DNA of 64,000 nucleotides from Nitrosopumilus sp. (lineage in GTDB: Archaea; Thermoproteota; Nitrososphaeria; Nitrososphaerales; Nitrosopumilaceae), in contig OZ252243.1 in the NCBI GenBank assembly GCA_965249555.1, positions 1,088,001 through 1,152,000 of the forward strand, written 5' to 3'. Numbering within the stretch: the stretch's first letter is position 1; each line of letters begins with the position of its first letter. The position numbers and the translations under genes were made by a program. Under the pieces are notes generated by a model. The model ran no database searches. It was not told the DNA's origin and was given only the letters and a program-made list of their open reading frames with translations. This document shows, one piece after another, positions 49,657 through 59,267 of this stretch.

Positions 49657-49999
49657 TTACTCGTGTTTCCAAAAAAATAATGTACCCCCATCATACCATT
49701 TTGGATACCAACCTCTTTCTTCTAACCAACTGAAAATTTTTCTGTGAATACCATCAACATACATCGTGTTTACATTCAATTCTCCAAATTTTTTATCCCC
49801 TAACCCATGAACGTGGAAAATCACCATATTCTACACTATGATCAAATGGAGAAAGTCCTTTGAATATCCAATCAGTATCTCCACAAGTCCAAATCCCTCC
49901 TTTTTCACCATTATAGTCTTCAGAGGTTTTCATAAAGTCTATCTCAGTCACTAATTCTTGCATTCCATTCATGATTTGATTTCTTGTCCACTGTCTCAT
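49657..49999 (-). pseudogene. Frameshifted small virus-like hypothetical gene
   Basis: The ORF 49999-49793 (..GGIWTCGD..) continues in another frame as ..MYVDGIHRKIFSWLEERGWYPKWYDGGTLFFWKHE* to 49657. Confidence 0.55.
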
Positions 50000-50006
50000 A
50001 GATTAA

Positions 50007-50787
50007 ATGATTTTTTTTCAAACAAAAACTTTTCAGAAAATTTTAGAAACTATTGACAAAGAATATGATCATTCAAATTATAAATTAGCTGTGAACAACG
50101 AATCCAAAACTCTTCCAACATCTTGGGAATTTATTAAAATTGGGAGAGTAGAAAAATTTGTTGGTAGTGGAGTAACTCCAAAAGGGGGAAAATCTGTCTA
50201 TCAAGATCATGGAATTCCTTTTATTAGAAGCCAAAATGTTCACCCTGATGGATTACACCTAGAAAATATAGTATATGTTGACGAAGAATTACATAATTCA
50301 ATGTATGGAAGTCACATTCAAGATGGTGATGTTTTATTAAACATTACAGGTTGTATCTATAGGAAGATCTACTGTCATTCCAAATAATTTTGGTCTTGCA
50401 AATGTAAATCAACATGTTTGCATAATTCGCTGTCATTCAAAAATCTATCCAAAATTTCTTAGTAATTGGCTAAATTCTCCAAAATGTCAAGAATCAATTT
50501 TTTCTATGCAACAAGGACAAACTAGAGAAGCACTAAACTACGCACAAATTAGGGAAATATTGTTTCCAATATGTTCTCTTGAAGAACAAAAAGAAATCAT
50601 ATCTAGAATAGAACAAGGTTTTTCACTAATTGAAAACACTGAAAAAATTACTAACTTAATGTTGTCACAACTTGACATTTTAAAATCAAGTATTCTAACT
50701 CTAGCATTTGAAGGAAAATTAGTTTCTCAAGATCCAAATGATAAATCAGCAAAAAAATTACTAAAACTAATCAAAGTAAAAAAATAA
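50007..50787 (+). pseudogene. hsdS: Type I restriction specificity subunit (HsdS) remnant: one TRD, frameshift near 50352
   Basis: LPTSWE..GSGVTPKGG..IPFIRSQNV..GDVLLNITG, then after the shift SIGR..NVNQHVCIIR..LEEQKEI..SILTLAFEGKLVSQDPND. Confidence 0.85.
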
Positions 50788-50927
50788 TCTTAGAAAAACT
50801 AAACAACAAAAAATCAATGTCTTTTTTACTAAATTTATAGATCTGAACAATTCGTGCTTGAATATGTTTAACAAACTAGACACAATACCTCAATGATTTA
50901 TAAGACGATTCTCAATTTTTTCACTTT

Positions 50928-51380
50928 ATGGCAAAGGTGTATGATGTACCAGCAGACGTATTGATAGGAAGACTAGCAAATATTCTAAAGAATGAAGATA
51001 TTCCTGCACCTTCATGGATTCCATTTGTCAAAACTGGAGCTCATGCTGATAAACCACCTCAAGACAGAGAATGGTGGTATGCTAGATGTGCATCATTGAT
51101 GAGAAAAATTTACCTTAATGGTCCTATTGGAATTAATGAATTAAGAAATGATTATGGTGGTGGTAGACCATCAGGATACGGAGCTGCACACCACAAAGAT
51201 GCTAGTGGCGCAATTATTCGTAATGCCATTCACGGATTAGAAAAACTTGGTTATGTAGAAAAAGTTGAGAAGAAAGGCCGTATTATTTCCAAACAAGGAA
51301 TGCAAAAACTAGATAGACTAGCAACAGAAATTCTTAAAGAACTAATTGTAGAAAATCCTCAATTGAAAGTATACTCTTAG
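50928..51380 (+). CDS. rps19e: 30S ribosomal protein S19e
   Basis: VYDVPAD, VKTGAH and WWYARCASLMRKIY motifs. Confidence 0.96.
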   Translation: MAKVYDVPADVLIGRLANILKNEDIPAPSWIPFVKTGAHADKPPQDREWWYARCASLMRKIYLNGPIGINELRNDYGGGRPSGYGAAHHKDASGAIIRNAIHGLEKLGYVEKVEKKGRIISKQGMQKLDRLATEILKELIVENPQLKVYS

Positions 51381-51387
51381 ATTTAAA

Positions 51388-51735
51388 ATGAGTTTTCCAA
51401 ATTCGGATGAACCAGAATATCATGGGCATTCTCATAATGATGGAACAGAACCTCATTCTCATGATGGAACAGAACCTCATGAACATTCACATAGTGAGAC
51501 AGAAATTTCAGCACAAAAAGATCAGATTCTAAAACAAATTCTTACATCAGAAGCTAGATCACGATTAAACAATATCAAAATGGTAAAACCAGAATTATCA
51601 AATCTTGTAGAACAATATCTTATCGGAATGGCAACTCAAAGAAAAATTCCAGGTCAGATAACTGATGATCAACTAAAGCAAATATTACTCTCTATTCAGC
51701 AACCAAAACGTGATTTTAAGATGAGTAGAAGATGA
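51388..51735 (+). CDS. PDCD5-family DNA-binding protein with His-rich N-terminus
   Basis: ILTSEARSRLNNIKMVKPE motif, in its usual position after rps19e. Confidence 0.9.
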   Translation: MSFPNSDEPEYHGHSHNDGTEPHSHDGTEPHEHSHSETEISAQKDQILKQILTSEARSRLNNIKMVKPELSNLVEQYLIGMATQRKIPGQITDDQLKQILLSIQQPKRDFKMSRR

Positions 51736-51776
51736 TCCCAATAAAATATAATTATGGGTCATAACTCGGTTTAGTC

Positions 51777-52853
51777 ATGAAAGCCGTTGTATACACTGAA
51801 TACGCACCAGATGATAATTTTGCTAAAATCCTCAAAGTCCAGGATATAGATGATCCAAAACCAAAAGCAGATGAAGTAGTTTTTGAAGTTAAATCTGCTG
51901 CAATAAATTTTAATGATATTTGGGGAATGAGAGGAAATCCAGTTCCTGTTCCATTACCACACGTATCAGGATCTGATGCAGCAGGAGATGTAATTGCAGT
52001 AGGTGATGATGTTAAAAATATCAAAGTTGGAGACAAAGTAGTTTCTCATTCTAACATGTCATGCAGAGTTTGTAAAGCATGTACTGATGGTAGAGAATTT
52101 GATTGTCTTAAAAGAACTATTTGGGGATTCCAGACTGGTCCAACATGGGGAGCATTTTCTGAGATTACTCATCTACCAGAAGTTAATGTAGCAAAAATTC
52201 CAGAAGGACTATCATATGATCAAGCAGCTGCTGCATCAATGACTTTACTGACATCATGGCATATGTTAGTTGGAAGAGCCAAAATTACACCAGGACAAAC
52301 TGTCCTGATTATGGGTGGTGGTTCTGGAGTAGGCAGCTTTGGTATTCAAATTGCAAAACTATACAATTGTGATGTTATTGCAACAGCAAGTCCAAATAAA
52401 CTAGATAAATGTCTAGAACTTGGAGCAGATTATGCAGTAGACCATAGAAAAGAAGACTGGCATAAAGAAGTTAGAGCAATTACAAAAGAGATAGCAAAGA
52501 AGAAAGGTGAAGCACCAGGAATTGATGTCTCCTTTGATCACATTGGTGAGACGCACTGGAACAAACAACTAACCTTACTCAAATATGGTGCAACCCTTGT
52601 TTCATGTGGTGCAACAACTGGATACAATGCCCAAACTGATCTAAGACATGTCTTCTTTAAAGGAACTAATATCTTAGGTTCAACGCAAGGAACCAAAGCT
52701 GAATTAGAACAAGGTCTTTACTGGATGGGTCAAGGTAAAATCAAAGCAATAATTGATTCAACCAATACATTTGAAGAAGCAGCAGAGGCTCACACAAAGA
52801 TGTTAACTGGAAACCTCTTTGGCAAAGTCTTACTGAAGCCAGAGGGCGTTTAG
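51777..52853 (+). CDS. Zn-dependent medium-chain dehydrogenase/reductase
   Basis: Structural Zn site CRVCKAC..C and GGGSGVG Rossmann motif. Confidence 0.9.
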   Translation: MKAVVYTEYAPDDNFAKILKVQDIDDPKPKADEVVFEVKSAAINFNDIWGMRGNPVPVPLPHVSGSDAAGDVIAVGDDVKNIKVGDKVVSHSNMSCRVCKACTDGREFDCLKRTIWGFQTGPTWGAFSEITHLPEVNVAKIPEGLSYDQAAAASMTLLTSWHMLVGRAKITPGQTVLIMGGGSGVGSFGIQIAKLYNCDVIATASPNKLDKCLELGADYAVDHRKEDWHKEVRAITKEIAKKKGEAPGIDVSFDHIGETHWNKQLTLLKYGATLVSCGATTGYNAQTDLRHVFFKGTNILGSTQGTKAELEQGLYWMGQGKIKAIIDSTNTFEEAAEAHTKMLTGNLFGKVLLKPEGV

Positions 52854-52860
52854 TCATTTA

Positions 52861-53718
52861 ATGACACAGCTTTTTCGTAGTCTCATTTTTGTTCCCGGAA
52901 ATAATTCAAGATTTCTTGAAAAAGCAAAAAAACTACAGGCTGATATTGTATGTTTTGATCTAGAAGATTCTGTTCCAGATGATGAAAAGGCTAATGCAAG
53001 GAAACTAATCAAATCTGCATTAAAATCTCATAAATCATACGAACCTTCAATTTTTGTTCGTACTAATTCTCCATCATCTGGAAAAATTCCTTCTGATCTT
53101 AAAGAAGTAGTTCAAACAGGCATTGATGGAATTGTCATTCCCAAAGTAAACAATATCAAAGATTTGAAAAAAATTGAAAAAATTCTATCATTATTAGAAA
53201 AGACCAGAAAGCTAAAACCAATTCAAATAATTCCTTCTATCGAGTCTGCGGAAGGTGTGGTTAACACATTCAGTATTGCATCTTTTGGAAAAAGAGTTTC
53301 TGCAGTAGTTTTTGGTGTTTTTGATTTGTTAAATGATTTAGGAGTTGAATACACAAAAGAATCAGAAGGAGCCAAGTATTCGAGAGCCAAAATTCCTGTT
53401 GATGCACATGCAGCTGGAATTGTAGCAATAGATGCAATTTGGCAAGATCTTAAAGATTCTAATGGATTAGAAAAAGATTGCAAAATTGGCAAAAGCCTTG
53501 GGTATTCTGGAAAAAGTATCATACATCCAGATCAAATTCCTGTTGTACACAAATTATTTCATCCAAACAAAAGTGAAATTTTGTGGGCAGAGAAAGTCTG
53601 TAAAATCTATCTCAAGTCAACAAAGAAAGGAAAAGGTGCTACAACAGTTGATGGAAAAATGATAGATGAGGTACATTTCAAGCAAGCAAAAGCGCTTCTT
53701 GAACTTGTAAAACAATAA
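52861..53718 (+). CDS. CitE/HpcH-family CoA-ester lyase
   Basis: RSLIFVPG, FDLEDSV, IPKV, IESAEG and GKSIIHPDQ motifs. Confidence 0.9.
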   Translation: MTQLFRSLIFVPGNNSRFLEKAKKLQADIVCFDLEDSVPDDEKANARKLIKSALKSHKSYEPSIFVRTNSPSSGKIPSDLKEVVQTGIDGIVIPKVNNIKDLKKIEKILSLLEKTRKLKPIQIIPSIESAEGVVNTFSIASFGKRVSAVVFGVFDLLNDLGVEYTKESEGAKYSRAKIPVDAHAAGIVAIDAIWQDLKDSNGLEKDCKIGKSLGYSGKSIIHPDQIPVVHKLFHPNKSEILWAEKVCKIYLKSTKKGKGATTVDGKMIDEVHFKQAKALLELVKQ

Positions 53719-53736
53719 TTTCCATCTAGTTTAATT

Positions 53737-54330
53737 CTAGGTTAATACTTCAATAACTGATTTCATACTAGTACTTTTCTCAAACATTTTTTTAGAGATA
53801 ATTCCAGCAACTATAATTTTTTCTTTTTTAATATCTAGTTTAATTTCTTGAAAAACACATTGAAGCTTAGAAATCTTTTTACTTTCACCAAGTATTTTTC
53901 CTGATTCTATAATTAATCCATCAAGTATAAGATTTTCAACTTTTCTATATCCTGAAGTTTTAGGAACTTTAGATTCTTCAAGTATCTGTGGAATTGTATA
54001 TTCATTTTCTAAAAGAGCTGAAATAATTTTCCTTGTTTCTGCTTCACTAAATAGTTCTAAAAGTATTAACTATAGTTACATGATTACTTATCATCTCTTT
54101 TTTTTACTTTAATAATTTTATCAATACAATTTTTTTCAAATCTTTTTACATCTATATGGGAATTTTTTTTAAGTGTATTTGTAAATTTTTGAAAATGTTC
54201 AATTGAAAGTTTTATTGACATTCCATGATCTAAAAATAATTCCCGTTCAACTTTCTTTAACGTATCTAAATCCATTTTTTTTAATTTCCTTAGATAGTAC
54301 ATCTGAAATTAATTTATCAATACCTCCCAT
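53737..54330 (-). pseudogene. Disrupted winged-helix regulator
   Basis: Starts MGGIDKLISDVLSKEIKK at 54330 and shifts frame in an A-run (54275-54282). Breaks again near 54084. The distal HTH part (..TIPQILEESKVPKTSGYRKVENL..) ends at 53737. Confidence 0.65.
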
Positions 54331-54346
54331 GTAACAATTCTAAATA

Positions 54347-54571
54347 ATGGAAAATATCAAAGCACTGCTTTTTTTACTATATTTAGAGATGCCTAATGGC
54401 AGTGGATTTTATGCTATTAAAAAAATTCAAGGAATTGATCCCAAAGCAAAAATTATTGCAATTACAGCAGATGGAAGTTACTCTATTGAAGAAAAATTAG
54501 AAAAGCTTCAGATACCTCTAATTCACAAACCATTCAAAATGGATCAAGTAATTTCTATTATTCATAGTTAA
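54347..54571 (+). pseudogene. N-terminally truncated response-regulator receiver domain
   Basis: EMPNGSGFYAIKKIQ..AKIIAITAD..IHKPF is present, but the acidic pocket and phospho-acceptor Asp are missing. Confidence 0.7.
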
Positions 54572-54633
54572 ACTGTTCCCATTTTTGGAACTTGTCATAA
54601 AATGTTATATTACAAACTTCATATAACTAATGC

Positions 54634-54771
54634 ATGAGTAAACGTGTTACAATTATGATCGACGAAGATCCTGACAAGAAACTCAGACAAGCAAAGCTGA
54701 TTTCACAAGAACAGTCATCATATAGTTATTCTAGAGTACTGAATGAAACACTTTGCAAGTCTTTAAAATAA
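54634..54771 (+). CDS. 45-aa ribbon-helix-helix-like microprotein (not in ORF track)
   Basis: Translation MSKRVTIMIDEDPDKKLRQAKLISQEQSSYSYSRVLNETLCKSLK*. TATA-like TTATATTA lies ~25 nt upstream. Confidence 0.65.
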   Translation: MSKRVTIMIDEDPDKKLRQAKLISQEQSSYSYSRVLNETLCKSLK

Positions 54772-54852
54772 TCAACAAAAAATATCTTTTTTCAAGAATT
54801 TCTCTTAGTAGAATATGTTATAGATAATGAATTTTTATAACATTATAGTGAG

Positions 54853-55557
54853 ATGATTGATCTTCCTGATCCTTCAAATGTAATTACTAGAATGTTTAAT
54901 TCTGGAAAATATGATGATATGTACAATTATTGCAAAAATTTACTGAAAAAAACCCCTAATGACATGGTTGCACTTCAAAATATTTCCCTATCTCTAATTT
55001 ATTTAAAAAAATATGAAGAATCTATTGTTTATTGTGATAAAGTTCTAGAAATAAAGAACTCAGATACCTATGCACTAAAAAATAAGATCCATGCTCTTGA
55101 AAATTTAAAGCAATATGAACAAGTTCTAAAACTATGTAAACAACTTCTTTCTAAAAATTCTAGAGATACCTGGGCTTTGAACAGTATGGGCTTGTCTCTA
55201 AATGAACTAAATCGACATCAAGACGCTCTTGAATATTATGACAAATCTCTTGAAATCGATCTAGATGATGTCACTGCTTTAATGAATAAGGCTATTTCTC
55301 TTAGTCATTTGGGTAACTATCAAGATGCAATAGACAATTACGATAAGGCCCAAACTATTGATTCAAGCTTAAAAGAAATACCTCTTGTAAAATCACAATT
55401 ATTTAAAAAATTAGGTATGGATGATGATGCATTTTTAGCCGCACAAGGTATACTCAACAAGGAAATGGAAAAAATCAAAATGGATGCTAAAAAAAATAAA
55501 TGTTCTGTTTTTCATCAACTATGTGAGAATGAGTTTGAAGAATATGATTCTAAATAA
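54853..55557 (+). CDS. Tetratricopeptide repeat protein
   Basis: Repeated AL.NK...L..L..Y.EA...YDK.L 34-aa units. Confidence 0.88.
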   Translation: MIDLPDPSNVITRMFNSGKYDDMYNYCKNLLKKTPNDMVALQNISLSLIYLKKYEESIVYCDKVLEIKNSDTYALKNKIHALENLKQYEQVLKLCKQLLSKNSRDTWALNSMGLSLNELNRHQDALEYYDKSLEIDLDDVTALMNKAISLSHLGNYQDAIDNYDKAQTIDSSLKEIPLVKSQLFKKLGMDDDAFLAAQGILNKEMEKIKMDAKKNKCSVFHQLCENEFEEYDSK

Positions 55558-55586
55558 TTTTATACAAAGAATTCTAATAGTTTTCG

Positions 55587-56171
55587 ATGTTCACAGGAAT
55601 CATTGAAGGTATTGGCAAAGTAGAAAAGATTTCTAAAAATACAAAAAATAAAAGTGCTATTCAAATGACTGTAAATCTAGGAAAACATGTTAAGGGATTA
55701 AAAATTGGACAAAGTGTTGCCCTTAATGGCGTTTGTCTTACTGCAACAAAACTATCCAAATCAAGCTGTATTTTTGAAATGATTGAAGAAACTACAAAAA
55801 AAACAGATCTTGGAAATCTAAAAGTTGGTGGAATTGTAAACATTGAACGAAGTTTGAAAGCTGGTGATAGATTAGAAGGGCATTTTGTTTTAGGTCATGT
55901 TGATGGAGTAGGAATTATTAAAAAAATTATAAAAAAATCTAAAGAAGTTCAAATTTGGTTTGAAGTTCCTAAAAAACTATCAAAATATGTCGTGAAGAAA
56001 GGTTCTATTGCTGTAGATGGAATCAGTTTAACGGTTGTTGATATAAAAAATACTCTTGCATCAGTATCATTAATTCCTCACACCATTGAAGTTACAAATT
56101 TTCAAACCAAAAAAGTGGGCGACAAAGTTAATATTGAAACTGATATTCTCGGAAAATACATTCTAAAATAA
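55587..56171 (+). CDS. ribE: Riboflavin synthase (bacterial/eukaryotic type)
   Basis: MFTGIIE, GVCLT, GHFVLGHVD and DGISLT motifs. Confidence 0.95.
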   Translation: MFTGIIEGIGKVEKISKNTKNKSAIQMTVNLGKHVKGLKIGQSVALNGVCLTATKLSKSSCIFEMIEETTKKTDLGNLKVGGIVNIERSLKAGDRLEGHFVLGHVDGVGIIKKIIKKSKEVQIWFEVPKKLSKYVVKKGSIAVDGISLTVVDIKNTLASVSLIPHTIEVTNFQTKKVGDKVNIETDILGKYILK

Positions 56172-56178
56172 AGCCAAT

Positions 56179-56226
56179 TATCTACAATTTTAGTGGTAAT
56201 TACTACTTTTTTAGTAAACTTTATAA
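56179..56226 (+). promoter_or_regulatory. Tandem palindromic operator and TATA box upstream of ribB
   Basis: TTACTA-N6-TAGTAA at 56200-56217, a degenerate copy 21 bp upstream (56179-56196), and TTTATAA at 56220-56226. Confidence 0.55.
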
Positions 56227-56243
56227 TTAGATTCTAAGAATTT

Positions 56244-56915
56244 TTGTATATGTATCTAGAACCTGCACTAGAATCTCTAAAACGTGGAGAGTTTGTTTTA
56301 TTGTTTGATTCAGCTGGACGAGAAAATGAAATTGACATGGTTGTAGCTGCAGAATTTGTTACACCTGAACATGTTGCAAGAATGCGTCAACATGCTGGTG
56401 GATTATTATGTATTGCATTAGATCATAATTTTGCAGCATCTCTTGAATTAAGATACATGCATGAAATTCTTTCTGATTCTCCAATATCTAACAAGGAGAT
56501 GATTATGGGTTTAGCACCTTATGGTGATCATCCAACTTTTTCATTGTCTGTAAATCATTATCAAACTTACACCGGAGTAACTGACAAAGATAGAGCATTA
56601 ACAATTCAAGAGATGGCAAAAATCTTTAATGTTGAAAACAAACAGAAAAAATTTGCATCATCTTTTAAAACTCCAGGTCATATTCCTTTATTGATAGCAT
56701 CTAAAGGGTTGCTTGCTGCACGTCAGGGACATACTGAAATGTCTGTTTATTTAACTCAAATAGCCGGATTGACACCAGTTACTGCAATTTGTGAGATGAT
56801 GGATGCTGAAACATATGCTGCATTATCTGTGGATAAAGCAGAACAATTTGCAAAACAAAATGCAATTCCATTGGTTGATGGAAAAGAACTTTTAGAATAC
56901 GCCAAGGTGCATTAG
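56244..56915 (+). CDS. ribB: 3,4-dihydroxy-2-butanone-4-phosphate synthase
   Basis: DSAGRENEID, TGVTDKDRA, RQGHTE and ICEMM motifs. An ATG at 56250 may be the true start. Confidence 0.95.
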   Translation: MYMYLEPALESLKRGEFVLLFDSAGRENEIDMVVAAEFVTPEHVARMRQHAGGLLCIALDHNFAASLELRYMHEILSDSPISNKEMIMGLAPYGDHPTFSLSVNHYQTYTGVTDKDRALTIQEMAKIFNVENKQKKFASSFKTPGHIPLLIASKGLLAARQGHTEMSVYLTQIAGLTPVTAICEMMDAETYAALSVDKAEQFAKQNAIPLVDGKELLEYAKVH

Positions 56916-56917
56916 TT

Positions 56918-57334
56918 TTGAATATTGCTGTAGTGGTTTCGGAATTCAATGAAAAAGTGACATCTAGGATGCTTTCTGTAGCTCAAGAAAAAGCAAACTT
57001 GATGAAATTAAAAATAACTTATACGTGCAAGGTTCCTGGAGCCTTTGACATACCTATCATTGTAGATGCATTATTGAAGAAAAAAGATGTTGATGGTGTA
57101 GTCACTTTAGGCGCGATAATTAAGGGTCAAACAAAGCATGATGAGGTAATTTCCCACGTTGCGGCCAAATCCCTTTCTGACTTGTCCATAAAATACCAAA
57201 AACCTGTTTCTCTGGGAATATCTGGTCCTGGAATGCAAGAAAGGCATGCTTATGCTAGAATAAGACCTGTTGCAGAACGTGCAGTTGAAGCTGTTGTGGC
57301 AATCTCTAAAGAACTACAGAGGATCCAAAAATGA
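56918..57334 (+). CDS. ribH: 6,7-dimethyl-8-ribityllumazine synthase
   Basis: VSEFN, VPGAFDIP and GAIIKGQTKH motifs. Confidence 0.95.
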   Translation: MNIAVVVSEFNEKVTSRMLSVAQEKANLMKLKITYTCKVPGAFDIPIIVDALLKKKDVDGVVTLGAIIKGQTKHDEVISHVAAKSLSDLSIKYQKPVSLGISGPGMQERHAYARIRPVAERAVEAVVAISKELQRIQK

Positions 57335-58083
57335 TTCAACTTAGCATCTTGAAAATTAGTGGATATGGTTCTTGGACACTGACATTAGGAAGTGATAGAG
57401 AACATGAACTCCAAATGCTTCAAGCATCACTCTACAAAGAAGTGCAGAAATTATTTTCTGAAAAAAATTGCCTAGTTTTTCTTAATCGAGCAGATGAATT
57501 TTTTGTAGTCTCAAATGGACTTGAGTTGGATGATCATATTCAAATCCAAAAATCACTAGAAAAATCATTTGATGTACGTTTGACTATCTCAATCGGTTTT
57601 GGTCAATCTCCATTTGAAGCAAACTTAAAGGCTCATAACGGAAAGAAAAATGAAACCGTATTAAATAAGGAACATAATATTTTTGGTTTTGTTAATGGTA
57701 AATCTGATTCAAAAGTCTCAATCATGCATTTGGATGTAGATGATCTTACTTCAAAGGGACAAACTAGTTCTCCTTATGAAATTTCATCAATAATTTTTGC
57801 GTTATATTCAAAAATGTCAAAATTTTTTCTACAAAAAGATTCTCTTACCTTTTTTATGGGCGGTGATAACTTTATGGTAATTGCAAGTGATGATGCAAAA
57901 AAATCTGTCCAGAATTTTATTGACATAGTTAAAAGTGATGACAAAATTTCTTTGAATTGTGGAATTGGTAATGCATATACTGCTAGAGAAGCTGTAAAAC
58001 TAGCCACAAAATCTCTTGACACTATACGAGAAATTCGAGATTCAGGAAAAGAAAAACCTGAAGTTTATGAATTATCATGTTAA
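57331..58083 (+). CDS. gch3: Archaeal GTP cyclohydrolase III (IIa)
   Basis: GYGSWTLTLGSDREHELQMLQ, HLDVDD and FMGGDNFM motifs. Confidence 0.9.
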   Translation: MIQLSILKISGYGSWTLTLGSDREHELQMLQASLYKEVQKLFSEKNCLVFLNRADEFFVVSNGLELDDHIQIQKSLEKSFDVRLTISIGFGQSPFEANLKAHNGKKNETVLNKEHNIFGFVNGKSDSKVSIMHLDVDDLTSKGQTSSPYEISSIIFALYSKMSKFFLQKDSLTFFMGGDNFMVIASDDAKKSVQNFIDIVKSDDKISLNCGIGNAYTAREAVKLATKSLDTIREIRDSGKEKPEVYELSC

Positions 58084-59267
58084 TTAAAAATCTAAGTGTA
58101 TTATCAGGTCAAGAATTAGATTTCATTTCAAATACTAATATCAAAATTCAGAATAAAATATTTAAAAAAATTCAACCAAAAATTAGACCAAGTGTTAAAG
58201 AAGAATCTATAGATTGTGAAGGTCTTTTATTAATTCCAGGATTCATTAATGCTCACACACACATAGGAGATTCAATTGGAAAAGATGTCACACTAAATAG
58301 TTCTGTTGATAAACGAATTCATCCTGTGTTTGGAGCCAAATCAAAAATCCTAAAAAATACATCTCAAGAAAATCTAGCTAATTTTATGAAAAACACATGT
58401 CATTCAATGATTCGAAAAGGAATCACCACATTTGTTGATTTTAGAGAAGGTGAATTAGATGGTGTTACTTTACTCAAAAAAGTATTATCTGATATTCCTT
58501 TACGTTCAATTATTCTAGGTAGAGTGGAATTTTATCAAAAACCATCTGAAATCAGAAAAAACCAACCTTTTCCTAGAGAAAAAACTGAAGATCTGACAAA
58601 ACTCATCAAAAAATGCGATGGAATTGGTATAAGTGGTGCAAATGAGAATAGCACATCAGTATTAAATTATTATTCAAAAACGCCAAAACTTAGAGTCATA
58701 CATTCTTCTGAAACTAAACAAAGTGTTTCTACATCAAAGAAAATCACTGGAAAATCTGAAACAGTTCGGGCTTTATCTCTAAAGCCTCATTTTTTGGTTC
58801 ATATGACTTATGCTTCTAAAGGTGATCTTTGTGCTGTGGCAAAAAAAACTAGAGGAATTGTAATCTGCCCAAGGGCTAATTCGTCTCTAGCTGAGGGAAT
58901 TCCAGACATAGAATTGATGCAAAAGGCAGGATGTACATTAGCTTTAGGTACTGATAATGTGATGATTAATTCCCCAGACATGTTTAGAGAAATGGATTTT
59001 CTTTGGAAAGCAATTATGGGGATTCATAAAAAAAGAATCGATCCTAAAGAAATTCTTAAAATGGCTACAGTAAATGGAGGAAAACTTTTGAAAAAAAATA
59101 TTGGAGTAATCGAAACTGGAAAAATTGCAGATTGTATTTTTCTTGACAAGCATGCATTAGATTTGGAACCAATGCATAATCCATATGCATCAATAGTTCA
59201 TCGAGCATCAGAAACTGCCATTAAAGCAGTAATGATTGGAGGTAAAATCGTATATGGAAAAATCTAG
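58077..59267 (+). CDS. Metal-dependent amidohydrolase (deaminase-like) within the rib operon
   Basis: PGFINAHTH, HSSE, VHMT and LGTDN motifs. Overlaps the genes on both sides. Confidence 0.88.
   Translation: MLIKNLSVLSGQELDFISNTNIKIQNKIFKKIQPKIRPSVKEESIDCEGLLLIPGFINAHTHIGDSIGKDVTLNSSVDKRIHPVFGAKSKILKNTSQENLANFMKNTCHSMIRKGITTFVDFREGELDGVTLLKKVLSDIPLRSIILGRVEFYQKPSEIRKNQPFPREKTEDLTKLIKKCDGIGISGANENSTSVLNYYSKTPKLRVIHSSETKQSVSTSKKITGKSETVRALSLKPHFLVHMTYASKGDLCAVAKKTRGIVICPRANSSLAEGIPDIELMQKAGCTLALGTDNVMINSPDMFREMDFLWKAIMGIHKKRIDPKEILKMATVNGGKLLKKNIGVIETGKIADCIFLDKHALDLEPMHNPYASIVHRASETAIKAVMIGGKIVYGKI

Larger units (their letters stand above)
45259..50830. mobile_element. Decaying defence/accessory island between rnp4 and rps19e
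   Basis: Contains restriction-modification remnants, a DUF3800-like pseudogene with repeat array, an AbiE-like pair and a virus-like pseudogene. It interrupts the usual rpp21-rps19e neighbourhood. No integrase or att repeat seen, so the boundaries are approximate. Confidence 0.7.

Noticed and set aside
44880-50900. tRNA-Gly as integration site (attL/attR) of the island
   Set aside because: No repeat of the tRNA 3' end was found downstream, rnp4 lies between the tRNA and the island, and there is no integrase.
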